Shown one piece after another: positions 39,353 through 52,230 of a stretch of 64,000 nt of DNA. This stretch comes from Vicugna vicugna (Eukaryota). Position numbers and translations under genes: made by a program. The stretch covers positions 3,425,061 through 3,489,060 of the forward strand of contig MU058423.1 of NCBI GenBank assembly GCA_013265495.1. Reading direction: 5' to 3'. Within the stretch, counting starts at the first letter, position 1, and each line of letters starts with the position of its first letter. Under the pieces are notes generated by a model, which was not told where the DNA came from, made no database searches, and saw nothing but the letters and a program-made list of their open reading frames with translations.

Positions 39353-40183
39353 GTTTTTTGGTTCCTGTCTGATTGTATTTATTTGTAACTCTTAGAAAAT
39401 CTAATTTTCAACTGACTCAGAATTAGAGGTAGGAGCTCTCAGAGAGGACAGCCTCCATCTCTTGGCAGTCTGCTCCAGGCTTTTTTTTCTTTGGCTTCCT
39501 TCATTGTCTTGGCCAAAAGTTCAGCATATTCTGTGGCCTCTTCCCTATTATTCTTAGTATGCTGTTTCTTCAGAGCAATATGGCAGTGTTTGTGTTGTAG
39601 GACACACGGAGAAACAAGGTGCTGAATCTTGGGCACTTTGGTCCTGGGATTCACACTTTTTTTGTTCAGGGGTTTGCTGACAGCACACTGGTGGACATCA
39701 TTCTCTTTAGAGAGACTGAGAAGTTTGCAGATTCTGCTAGCTCTTATGGGCCCCAAGCAATGAGGCACAGTAGTATCAGTTAGTTCGGTAATTTCCTCCT
39801 GCCCCGTTTTCACAATAACAACGGTGAGGACACTCAGACTGGTGTCCACAATGCAACCTTGTACAGATTTCTCTTTCTCCTTGGTCTGTAACAGGAATGC
39901 CCCTTACTCAGTAGCAGGTGGACATGGCCATGGGTCAGGCCACACTGCTTCATGGGGAAACCTTGTTTGTCATTCCCACTGCTGATTTGAGCCATGTAAC
40001 CCTTCCATTCTTCTTCACCCAGAGCATCGGCAGCAACTTCTATGGCCGTATACTTCCCTCAGAGATAGGAAATTTGTGTTCATCATTCACTTCAAGGAGT
40101 TTGTAGCAGCCAGTGGCTGGGAAGGAAATGTTCATCTTCACCTTGAAGCAGCTGATCACCCCCAAGATACTACAAAAAAGAAC
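39353..40183 (-). pseudogene. RPS6: Processed pseudogene of ribosomal protein S6 (eS6)
   Basis: Intronless. ORF 39439-39849 ([18 protein letters not shown]...) and start region (GTG)KMNISFPATGC match RPS6. Pyrimidine 5' tract near 40180, stop at 39401-39403, AATAAA at 39378-39383, short A tail. Frameshifts and deletions present. Confidence 0.95.
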
Positions 40184-42412
40184 TGAATAGTTATTATTAT
40201 AGTACAATGTGAATTAGTTATGTAATAACTATTATGTTACACAATTAAGAACTATTTAACTTATTTATACTTCTGCCTTATTAAAAAAGATTTGAATCAT
40301 GTTAACAAAGAAATACACTTATATGGATGTCATTATTGGAAAATAAAGGTTGTTAGAAAGATACAATGAATGAATGAAGCCTTTATTTCCAAAGACTTCA
40401 TTCATTCATTGCACAAATATTTACTTAGGTCCTACTATGTAGGAGGTTCTCAGTAGGCATTGGGAGTTATGGTAGCAAGGTAAACATTCCATACTTACAG
40501 AACTTAAAGTTTATCAGGGAAAATAGATGATTAGGCAAGTAATAATAAAACGTGAAATGAATGCTGTATACCCAGATATAGGATACACGTAGTACCAGGG
40601 AACACCAAGGAGTAAATATCATTTCCTCTCTGCCTATTATTTCTCACATAAATATATGGTAATATTTTGGTTAATGCATCCAATGGAAATAAAAACCTTT
40701 TAATTTAATGAGGTAAGTGTAGGGAATACACTTTGAATGGCATGAGATAGTAAGGCAAATAACCTACCATTCTTCCGCATGTTTGATTCCATATGTAACC
40801 TATGTTTATTAAGTCAGGTGACTAAATTCAGTTAGCTGTTAGGAAAGAGCAGGAACTGAAAGTCCTCTTTTGCAGGTAGAAATAGAAAAGCGAGCTTCCT
40901 TAGTGACTCGGCCTGTTAGAAAATTTTTAAGAAATGAGGTGTGAAGGAAAAATATATGGACACAGTACAGAGCTACACAGAAATGGAGACATATAAGGAG
41001 ATGAAAAAGTGGACAAGGGACCCAGTGGAAAAATAAAGAAAGAAAATGTATTTGTTAAATGCCTATTATTATATGCTAGGTGTTGGGTGAAAAGCATATT
41101 CCTTATACCCCAGAACCTTACGGAGACAAAAGCAGCATACCTGTGTGATGATGATGACACGGTCACGTATGAGTACTTACTCTGTGCCAGACAGAAAGGT
41201 GCATGTGGGTAGTGTAGGGATATGGAGTAGGGACTATCAGTTCTGCCAGCGAATGAAAATAGGCCAGTGGGTTAGACAGAATGAAAAAGTACGGAGCAAA
41301 TAGGGGAGTACTGCTAGAAAGAGTGAAAAAAAAGAAAGGAATAAGAGAACTGGAAGGACAGGAATAGGACGAGGACAGGAGACTGAAAGATGGAAAAGGA
41401 AAGCAGAGAAGAAATTAAATGAAAAAGAAGAGGAACTATGTTAGATGAAAAATGGGTTAGAAATGGGAGGGAAGAGCAATGAGAAGCAAGAAGAAGGAGA
41501 GCCTCTGCCCTTTTCGTGCCATTCTGGATTGAATCTCGTAGTGTTCCTTTACACATGTATTTGACAGTGAAATGGGTTCACTGGAACTTGTCCTCTTTAT
41601 TGATTAAAGTACTTCTTTGGGAGCTTCACACAGTGGGAAGGAGCACTGTGAACTGGAGAAGGACAAGTGTTGTGTGGTTAGAGGTAGTTTACCACAGCCT
41701 AAGAGAAGATCTCTTTAAAGTCAGAGAGCCCTGGGTTTGAATTCTGACTTAGCTCCTTAATTCATAGTTGGGCAAGTTATTTGATCTTGGGTCTATAAAA
41801 ATGAGGATTATAATACCAGGGTTATTTTAAGGATTAAATAAGATTTTATAAAGTACTTAGCATAATGCCTGGCCTGTAGTCAGCGCTCCAGATGTGGGAG
41901 CTATAATTTTTGTGGAGAAATAAGATGAATAAATAGCACTATTACTGTTTTATCAAAGCCACATTAAACTTCCTGCAGTCACTTATTTGGTCTTTTAAAA
42001 ATTGTATTTTTTAAATCAAATGAATATATGCCTACTAAGAGATATCTGGAAAACAGAAAAGTAGAAAGTAGAAAAGTTACATATCTTCTCACCACCCAAA
42101 ATGATCATTATTAACACTTTAGTGCATTTCTTCTTGTCCTTTTTCCTATATACTTTTTACATAGTAGTGCTTACTTTATAAATAATTTATATCCTGTTTA
42201 TAGTTTTTGTGATTAACAGTATAACATGAGCATGTTCTCATGTTACATAAAATATTCTTCAAATATTTTGAATGTTTGTATATTCTTTAAATACAGTTTT
42301 AATGACTGTGTAATATTCACATGGATGTAATAATTTATTTATCATTTTTTTCTATTCTTGGACATGTAGGTGGTTTTAAAAACTCTTTTAAAGCTATTTT
42401 AAAACTAATATT

Positions 42413-42515
42413 CATGAAAACAAATACATGTATGTATATGCATGACTGGGACATTGTGCGGTATACCAGAAATTGACACATTGTAACTGACTGTACTTAA
42501 AAAAATTTTTAAACG
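42413..42515 (+). mobile_element. Short L1 3' end with TSD
   Basis: Reverse complement of the L1 3' ends at 33440 and 63082; ctaatatt repeated at 42405-42412 and 42516-42523. Confidence 0.75.
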
Positions 42516-42873
42516 CTAATATTTGTAATAGTTTATGAATCTCTTTTTCATATTCAGGATTATTTATTTAGAATGAATTCTGAGAAATTTAAGAACATTT
42601 CAACAGCTATATATATGTTATATATATACACATTTATATAGTTAAATGGTTTTCCAGACTTTTGCTGCCCACAATAGATAAGATTGTCCATTTCACTCTC
42701 CCATTATTATTCTATAATATTTATGTTATAGACAGGAGGGTATTTTATTAATATTTTAATTTTCTTTTCACTTTCTTAAAAATAACATTTTTCTTATTAT
42801 AAATTAATATGTTAGAAAAATGGGAAAATACAGAAAATATCAAGGAAGATATTAAAATGACCTGTGATCCTTG

Positions 42874-43276
42874 TGTATTAGTTTCCTAAGGATGCTGTAA
42901 CAAAATATCACAAACTGACTAGCTTACACAACAGAAATTTATTGTCTCACAGTTCTGGAGGCTAGAAGTCTGGGATCAAGGTGTTGGTAGGGTTGGTTTC
43001 TTCTGGAGAGCTGTGAAGGAAAGATCTGTTCCATGCCTCTCTCCTTGGCTTGTAGATGAGCATATTCCATGTCTTTTCACTTGTTTCCTCTGTGTCCAAA
43101 TTTCCTCTTTTTATAAGGGCACTAGTCAAATTAGATTTTAGGGCCCACTTTATGACCTTACTTCAGTTTGATTATCTTAGTAAAGACTTTATCTCCAAGT
43201 AAGGTCACATTCTGAGGTACTGGGGATTAGGACTTCAAAATATAAATTTTGGCGGACACAATTCAACCCATAACAC
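42874..43276 (-). mobile_element. MaLR solo LTR (MLT1-type)
   Basis: TGTATTAGTTTCCT...ATTCAACCCATAACA, the reverse of the MLT1 copies above. Confidence 0.85.
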
Positions 43277-43660
43277 CTCTCTACCCAGAAGTACCCACTG
43301 TTGAAAGTATGGTGTGTTTTCATCCATTTCAGCGCATATTTCTGTGCACTGTTTAATAAATAATCTTGTAATATTTTAGCAGGAGTAACACATCTTGTAT
43401 ATGAGAAAATTATCTGGAAACTAAGTTACTCCAGTTTTCTTTATTCTTTTCTTTGATATGTGAGGTTAATTAACATATGTATTTGGGGACAACAAAAAAT
43501 TAAGTATCAACTTTATATGTCTCTAAAGGAAAATAAAAGTGGTATTGAAGATCATGAATTTATACACATATGTATCATTATTTAATAGCAATAATAATGT
43601 CAATGCCATAATACCAGCAAAATAAATTCAAAAATAGATAAATTTGCTGTTTATTTCTAG

Positions 43661-43813
43661 GTTCATAGTTTAAAGTCAAGGAAGATGAAATTGTCAGCTG
43701 GGTTTGAGCAGATGATAAAAGAAGGAGGAGTTCGTTCTCTTTGGAGAGGAAATGGTATAAATGTTTTAAAAATTGTACCTGAGACAGCACTCAAGGTCGG
43801 GGCCTATGAACAG
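43661..43813 (+). CDS. SLC25A54: SCaMC-1-like exon 6
   Basis: ttctag|[54 protein letters not shown]; donor CAG|GTAAAG. Confidence 0.97.
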
Positions 43814-45590
43814 GTAAAGTGTTATTGTCTGTGGAATTTTATAATAAAGATCCAGTTTTAAATTTAATTTTAAAATGTAGGTTTTTATGAAAGAGAAAAT
43901 TGGAGTGTGCAAGCAATAGATGTCAGTGTGACTATAAGTGATTTTGTTTATGCTTGTTCATTTTTGCTACTTTCATATGCATTTTCATTTTTGTTAACAT
44001 GAGGTGTTCCATGGATTACTTTCTAAGTATAATATAATCTATCATATTTTCTATTATAGTTCTTTGAATTTCAGTGTCACAGTGTAAGAGGCCCTCACAA
44101 AACATTTCAGTATTGCTTTTCCTTTGAACAATTTGAATGTTTGATTTAAAATTTGTTAATCTGATTTAGGAATTTACTTTTGCTTAAATAATTCACTTTG
44201 AGATGAGCTGTATTTATTTTCAACCAATATAAGTTATTGACATCACATAAGAGTCTGAATGTTCTCTGTGCATCTCAAGTTTTCCATTTGCACTGTATAT
44301 CTTGTAGTAATTACTTTTCTTTAAACATTTTTATAGTATATATCATTAAATTGATTCTTTTCGTAGAAACTTGGTTCACAGAAAAGGTCAGAAGACCTCA
44401 AAATTTTAAGAAAATGTAAAATATAAATAATATCCTTTCTCAACCTAAATCATTGAAAAGCAAATGAATGGATGAATAGAATACTAGACTTAGTTGTAAC
44501 GCGCATCTTAAAAACATGCATCTCTTACTGAAATAGGGATTTGCTTACTCATTCAACAAATATTTCTTGCATTAACAAATGTCTCTTGAGCAGTTAATGT
44601 GTTCTAGACCTTGTTCTGGGTGCTGGAGATATAGCAGCAAACAAAACAGAAAAAAGAGAAAAAGCCTACCTACCTTCATAGGATTTATGTTAGCATATAG
44701 GTTGGAGGAGACCGATAAACAAATAAGGTATATGGTACACCAGATGTTGATGAATGCTATGGAGAAAATAGAGGGTTGAAAATGGAGATAGTTTAAGAAT
44801 TGACAACTCTTTCAAGAAGTTTTTCTGTGAAGAGAAAAGGGAAATGGAATGGTGACTGGAAGAGGATGTGGAATTGAGAAGAGACTTTTCTAAAAATGGA
44901 AGAGGCAACAGCATGTTTGTATGCTTAGGGGAATGATACAGTAGAGAGGGAACCACTGATGACAGGAAAGAGGGGAGAGTACTGCAAGGAGATTATCCTT
45001 GAGTCTCTGAGAGGGTGAGGGAAGATGGGAACTGGCTGTCCTGGAAGGGCTGGCCTTGGTTAGGCACTTCCTCAGTAGTCAGAGGAGACGCTCTACTAAG
45101 TGGGCACAGATGCAGGCAGGTTTGTGGAAGCATTCTTCCTGGTGCTTCAGTTTCTTCAGTGAAATGGGAAGCAAAGATACATTGGAGATGAGATGTGAGG
45201 AAGGAGGAGGAGGTATGAAATAGTATTCTGGGAGAGTGGAAAAGCAAATGGCTAGAAGAAATTAAATAAGATTGCTGGCAGCAAAGGGTCCGGGTGAAAT
45301 TCTTTTTGTCTGGTTATACAAGTCCAACAGTACTCTGGTCTGTGTTTATGTACTGTGTGAGTATAGCCCATTATCTGGCCCCTAGGAAGTCCATGGGCAA
45401 TTAGCCACCAGATTATCCCTGTGGGTCAGGGTACCCTGGTTACAACCCTGGGCTTATCTCTTAAGATGATTATATTCATCTTGCTTCTGATGATTAAGTG
45501 CCACCATTTGGAATTTACCATCTGTTCTGGAATTTACCATCCTCATTGATACTAGTGAACCTAGTTCCATAGCAACATTCTCTGTGCTGG

Positions 45591-45681
45591 AAGGAGAGTC
45601 CTTGTTGAGCAGCTCAATGATAGCTGTTCTCATCAACCCTGAGAACAGCTATCATTGAGCTGCTCAACAAGGACTCTCCTT
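45591..45681. repeat. Perfect inverted repeat, 42-bp arms with a 7-nt loop
   Basis: 45591-45632 (aaggagagtccttgttgagcagctcaatgatagctgttctca) is the exact reverse complement of 45640-45681; loop tcaaccc. Confidence 0.97.
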
Positions 45682-45740
45682 TTATCCTAGAGACACTGTC
45701 AACTGGTAGGTTCTCCAGCCTCATAATAAAATTCTTTCTA

Positions 45741-45884
45741 GGTGGGGAAGGTATAGCTCAGTGGTAGAGTGCATGCTTAGCATGCACGAGCTATGGGTTC
45801 GATCCCTAGTACTTCCATTAAATTAAAAACAAACAAACAGACCTAATTACCTCCTCCCCCCAAAATATAAAACACAAATTAAAA
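45741..45884 (+). mobile_element. tRNA-derived SINE (vic-1-like)
   Basis: ggtggggaaggtatagctcagtggtagagtgcatgcttagcatgcacgag...ggttcgatccc (A/B boxes), A-rich tail. TSD aaaattctttcta (45728-45740) / aaaattcattcta (45885-45897). Confidence 0.9.
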
Positions 45885-48231
45885 AAAATTCATTCTAATG
45901 TTTCCACCTTCCTGAGTCTACTGATCCGTTCTTCAGCACTTTGCCAAGATTTTGGCATCTCTGCCTCATTTGCTGTCAGGCATAATTATGTCCAAGCGTT
46001 AAAGATCCAGCCCAGCAGCATATTAGGACAGGTTTCAGGTTTGTGTCCTTAGAGAGTGTTCAACCTGAATAAAGTCTCACCTTTCCAGCAATATATTCCA
46101 TCCCCAAACCTCCACTACTCAACACTCCTACGATCTACTTCCTATATATGTTTGACTGGCTCCTTCCAGTCCGTATTAGTCAGGTCCTACAGCAATTTGG
46201 CCAGAATGCTATTTATTCCAAGAACAAAGGCTGTATTTCTTCATTGGGCTGTCTGAGGCCTAATCCAGAATTTTCTATCTCAGGAAGGGAGCTGAGACAT
46301 TCATCTACCAGTTTCTATCCCAAATTATTTGAGGAATACTCTTGGACGTAAACTCTCCCAGAATTCTTGATTGGACAGTTTACCATAGCTTTGGAGAAGG
46401 CCCTCAGGCAGAAAAGTAGAGAGATGAGAGACTTTGCTTTGGATAGGGTTCTTCCAGTGAGAGTCTGCACAGAGCTTTCCAGATGTGATGCTGGGCTCTG
46501 GGTATGTCTGCTGTGGCCAGCTGTCTGCCTGCTTAGGTTTAGGGGCCTGAGAGTTGGTGTAGAGATCAATAAAATACAGGGTTGTATAGGCTATGCTTAT
46601 GGGTTTTCTTTCAAAAACTTCTTATATTTGTCTGTTTGCTTCCAGTCAATACCACATGAAGTAATTACATCCCAAAATATCTCTCCTGATATTTTATTTT
46701 CCAGCTTCTGTGCTCAGTCATTCCTTCTTTTTCTCATTTTTATAGTAGGCTACGTTGATGTCAACTGAAAACATAGGCTGATATCATATGACAACATCCT
46801 CAATCTGAATTTTGCAGATAGGCAAACTCTTTAGGACAATCTTGTTTCCTTCCCTTGGAGCGCCAAAGCTGGTGGCTTTTCTGACTTGGAAGCTCTTCAT
46901 TTCTTGACTGCCAAGCCAGACAAAGAAAACTCCTTTTGGAGAGCTCTGTTCCCTTCCACCTCTGCTTGCAAACTGGCTTTGGAGAAGACCTCAAGGCAGA
47001 CAAGCAGAGAGATGCATTAGCTCATTTCTCAGATCTTCCTAAAAGCAGCAAGGAGCAGGCAACACTGCCCAACATTCTGAGGTTTTACAGTCGGTTTTCT
47101 TAGAACTTCAAGCTCAAAAAGCACATGGTCTACCTTCCCAGTTATCACAGGAGGCAGTTTTATTAAGAATTTCCACAAAGCAATGGGAAGATCACCTTCT
47201 AAGACTATAGTATTTGTGTCCTGGTAATAAAGCCAGTGCCACATACTTTAGGTTTTAGTTATGGCATCACCCTCCACCTAGTGACCAATTTCTGTACTTA
47301 TTAGGGTTCAGTCTAAGCTGTTGTAGCAAAGACAGTCCAAAATACACTAGCTTAAATAAGATAATGGCAAGTGGTCCAGGGCTAGCAGTACAGCTCTGCC
47401 ATCTTCAATACACATGTCCCAAGGTTGCACCCGTCTTTGCCATTTCTCAGGTGGAAGAAAGAGGAGTTCAGGACAAGTATCTTTAAGGGAGTGTCTCAGG
47501 ATTTACATATCCAGCTTTCCCTCACATCTCATTAGCCAAAGTTAGTCATTTAGCCACACAACCTAGCTGCGAGTGAGAAGACGAAAATGTGGTTTGTAGG
47601 TGTCAACTCTGTTACCAAAAGGAAGAAAAAGGTAATCGGTACTGGGAACAGATGGCACTCTGATACATTAACTGAACCAGTCACACCTTCTGATGGGGAG
47701 TTACTGATCTGAGAACCAGGGAGTTAGTTCATAGAGAGCAGCTGAATCATACTGATGGAAGACCACCAGAAGAGGCAAACAGAAAAGCGTTTTGCCCAGG
47801 ACGTGACAAGACAACCTGCTTGCTAAGCTATCTCGGATCCTAAATGAATTTCCAGTTTCAGTCTGCAAGAAGCTTGACTTGGTTTAGTTCCTGTGAAGCC
47901 TGACCTTCGTGTTACTTGCATGCCCTTTATGAAATACTACATTCATTAGTAGCATAAGTGATTTAATATTGCTAACTTATTCTGGGAAAAAAAAACGGAA
48001 AAGGAGGCCAAATAGAGGGGTCTTACTTATTATCTTTTTGTCTTATTACTTATTATCTTAGACAATTACTTGCATAAAAATTAAAATCAAGTATTCTACT
48101 AGATGCTAATGTTTGGTGTCTGAAATACTTTTAAAAATAATTTTTACTACTCATTAATGTTGTAAACTTAGAAACAATATATATATTCCATCTCAGTAAT
48201 GTTATACATTTCAATACTTTTATTTATACAG

Positions 48232-48339
48232 TATAAGAAATGGCTTAGTTTTGATGATGCTAAAATAGGAATTATGGAAAGATTTATAGCTGGTTCATTG
48301 GCTGGTGTAACTGCCCAGACCTGTATTTACCCCATGGAG
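48232..48339 (+). CDS. SLC25A54: SCaMC-1-like exon 7
   Basis: atacag|[39 protein letters not shown]; donor GAG|GTATGT. Confidence 0.97.
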
Positions 48340-49898
48340 GTATGTATTATTATAAAATTTTAACTAAAGTAATGCTTTTAATGTGAATTATAATTTATAA
48401 AAAATAAATGAATCCCAGATCAGGATTTTGTACAATAAACAGCTTTATACCTACAGGATTGCGTCTCATATCAAGTGTCAGTAGGACTTGGATTTTTTAA
48501 TATCTTGTTTTAGGATAAAGGTAGTTTTATAGATATGCCAAGAAGATAAATAATTTCATTGACTGATTATTTAATTGATTGATAGAATCAGTTATTCATT
48601 AATCAAATTAAATTTGTATTGTGTACCCACAAAGTTTAAAGTAGTTAAACTAGATACAGAGATGAGTCAGTTGGGCACTTTGGTCACGGAGTTTATAGTT
48701 TAGAGGGGAGATAAAACATGTACATTAATAATGATGATCCAAATATGAAATGTAAATTCTAGAAGAAAGATCGATATGAGGTGCTATGGAAATTCAGAAG
48801 GGGAAAATTATTCCAGTCAGGGATTTCATGAAGTACATGAAGAGAGTATGTGACTTTGGCTTAGAATTTGGATATTCAGACATGACAGGGGAAAAATGTA
48901 TTTTAAGTGGAAATAATGACTTGAGCAAAGGAGCGGAGATAAAAGAGTAGGTATTTAGGTTTGGATAGGGCAATACCATAAATAATGGGTTGGGGCCAGA
49001 TCAGAAAGACTCTTGAATGCAACTCAAGAAATTTAATTTTAATTTCTTAAAAAATGAGAAGGTATTAAAGACAGTGGATCTTGAAGTATAATCCTGGTAA
49101 AGTTTTTTAGAGCAAGAGAGGCTAGAGAAATGAGACGGTTAGATACAAGATGTTGCTATCATTCAGGGAAGTAATAATAAGAGCTTGAAATGTGATAATT
49201 GATGAGGAGAAATTGACTCACATTAGAGCTGCCTTGAGACCTGACAACTTGAGAGGTGGAAAACAGGAGAAAGGGAAAGGAGGATGGCAAAGTGCTGTCT
49301 AGGTTCTGTGCCAAGTGTTTAGGAGAGTTATGTCTGAGTTACATCTCTAACAGCCTACTGGAACCTATGTTGTCCTCATAACCCTTGTTATATTATTACT
49401 TTATGAGCACAAAATGAACCCAAGTTATATTGAATTACAGCTTATAGGCCTCACTGTTACAATAGTTCCCAGAGTATGTATTTTAAGCATATATAGAATG
49501 TGTTTTCCATATTGGTTCTTCATTTTACGATGACTAAATAGTTTTAAACTTGGATTTTGGCTATAGTTGCTTTATTTTAAAGCTATAATGCTATCTCGAA
49601 TGATTTGTTTCAGAGTATGTTGACTTATACCACATTAAAGGGGTTTGAGTAGGTGTATCAATCAAAGCCACAATAATTAAATATATTTTCATATTTAAAT
49701 AATTTTTTAAAAACTCTGTACTGTATCAGTTGTTCATAATTGAGTCATTTAGTGAAAAATTAAAATTATGTTTAAAACGCTCTCTTTTTTATTTCTATGA
49801 TAATCAGTAAGTGTTGTGATATAATGCAATTTACTAGACTGCTATAAGAGTTGAGTGAAACTGATCAATATGTTTTTATTATATTATTTCACATTTAG

Positions 49899-50081
<183 letters not shown>

Positions 50082-50306
50082 TAATATGACATTATGTGTT
50101 AGATTTGAAAATTTGGTTCAATACTAGTTTTTATTCTAAAAATCTGGTTATAAATGACTTCATGAAGTAGCTTCTAACCAAGAAGTAAATTGAATTGTTT
50201 TATTTGGCTTTTTTATATGTTAGTCATCTGATGTTCTAATAATAAGTTTTTGTTTGGTGGGTTTTTTTTGTGTGTGAATGAGTTTTTGGTAATAATAATT
50301 AAAGAC

Positions 50307-51353
50307 CTTTCTACGAACCAGCATCACCCTGATACCAAAACCAAAGACACTACAGAAAAAAAAAAAAGAAAATTATAGGTCAGTATCTTGGATGAAAATA
50401 GATGCAAAAATCCTCAAAATATTAGCAAACAGAATTCAACAACACAGAAAAAGGATCATAAGCATGATCAGGTTGGATTCATCCCAGGGTCACAAGGATG
50501 GTTCAACATATGCAGATCAATCAGTGTGATACACCACATCAACAAAAGAAAAGACAGACAACACATGATCATTTCAGTGGATGCCGAAAAATCATTTGAT
50601 AAAATTCAACATCCATTCATGATAAAAACTCTAACCAAAGTGGATATAAAGGGAAAATATCTCAACATAATAAAAACCACTTATGACAAACCTATGGCCA
50701 GTATAATGCTGAAGTGGTGAAAAGCTAAAATACATTCCCCTAAATTCTGAAACAAAGCAAGGATGCCCACTCTTACCACTTCTACTTAACATAGTCTTAG
50801 ATGTCCTAGCCACAGCAGTCAGGCAAGAAAAAGAAATAAAAGTTATCCAAATTGGAAGGGAAGAGGTAAAATTGTTATTATATGCACATAATACTGTAAT
50901 AGAAAACCCTGAAGACTCCACACAAAAACTATTAGAACTAATAAATGAATTTAGCAAAGTAGGAGGATACAAGATTAATACATAGTAATATGTTACATTT
51001 CTTTAAATTAACAATTAAATATCAGAAACAGAAAAAAAAACCCATTTAAAATTGTGTCCAAAAAAACCCCATCTAGGAATAAACTTAACCAAGAGGTGAA
51101 AGAGCTACATGCTGAAAGCTGTAAAACGTTGATAAAGGGAATTGAAGATGATTCAAAGAAATGGAAAGATAGCCTATGCTCTTGAAATGGAAGACTTAGC
51201 ATTGTTAAAATGTCTGTACTACCCAAAGTAATCTACAGATTTAATGTGATCTCTATTACTCTACCCAGGAGATTTTTCACAGAACTAGAACAAATAATCA
51301 TAAAATTTACATGGAACCACAAAAAAAAAAGACAAAAAAAAAAAAAAACAAAA

Positions 51354-51411
<58 letters not shown>

Positions 51412-52230
51412 AGAATTGCCAAAGCAATGTTGAGGAAAAAGAACAAAGCTAGATAAACCTCCAAGACTTCAGACAATGCTACAAAGCTACAGTAACCAAA
51501 ACAGTGTGGTATTGGCACAAAAACTGACCTATGGATCAATGATGGAACAGAACAGAGAGCCCAGAAATAAATCCACGCACCTACAGTTAATCTTTGACAA
51601 AAGAGGCAAAAATATACAATTGAGAAAAGACAGCCTCTTCAGCAAGCTATGTTGGGGAAGCTGGACAGCCACATATACATCAATATACCAAGACAAGGAA
51701 ACAACCTAAATGTCTATTGACAGGTGACTGGGTAAAGAAGCTGTGATATATTTATACAATGAAATACTACTCAGCTATAAAAATAATAAAATAATGCAAT
51801 TTTCAGCAACAACGATGGACCTGGAGAATGTCCTTCTAAGTGAAGTAAGCCAGAAAGAGAAAGAAAAATACCATATGATATCACTTATATGTGGACTATA
51901 TAAAAAAAAAAGACAAATGAACTTATTTAAAAAACAGAAACAGACTCACAGGCATAGAAAACAAACTTATGGTTACCAAAGGGGAAAGGTGTGGGAGCAA
52001 TAAATTAAGAGCATGGAATTAACAGATACACACCACTATACATAAAATATATAAACAACAAAGATTTACTGTATAGCACAGGGAACTGTAATCAATATCT
52101 TATAATAACCTATAATGGAAAAGAATCTGAAAAAGAATATATATAACAAATCACTTTGCTGTACACCTGAAACTAACACAATATTGTAAAGGCACTATAA
52201 TTCAATTGAAAAAAAAAGAAAAAGAAGAAA
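50307..52230 (+). mobile_element. 5'-truncated L1 (RT region to poly(A)) with an internal deletion and an internal A-tract
   Basis: ORF 50388-50720 ([16 protein letters not shown]...[16 protein letters not shown]) is ORF2p RT. 3'UTR and A tail at 52209-52230. The sequence jumps from 'KDSLFSKLCW' to the ORF2 end near 51680. Confidence 0.95.

Larger units (their letters stand above)
45300..47670 (-). mobile_element. Degenerate ERVL/MaLR internal sequence plus LTR-like segment
   Basis: Minus-strand gag-like peptide (AMELGSLVSM...VALNHQKQ); 'gaccaatttctgta' internal/LTR junction near 47283-47296. Boundaries approximate. Confidence 0.5.

Noticed and set aside
39439..39849. 136-aa RPS6-like ORF as a functional retrogene
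   Set aside because: Start codon lost, upstream indels, frameshifted C-terminus and many basic residues replaced in a CpG-decay pattern (R>H/C/Q).
45741..45815. tRNA-like sequence (also at 9600-9670 and 54880-54950)
   Set aside because: Heads of tRNA-derived SINEs with A-rich tails and TSDs, not tRNA genes.
51210..51539. Poly-Lys and poly-Phe ORFs
   Set aside because: Translations of the poly(A) tract inside a decayed L1.
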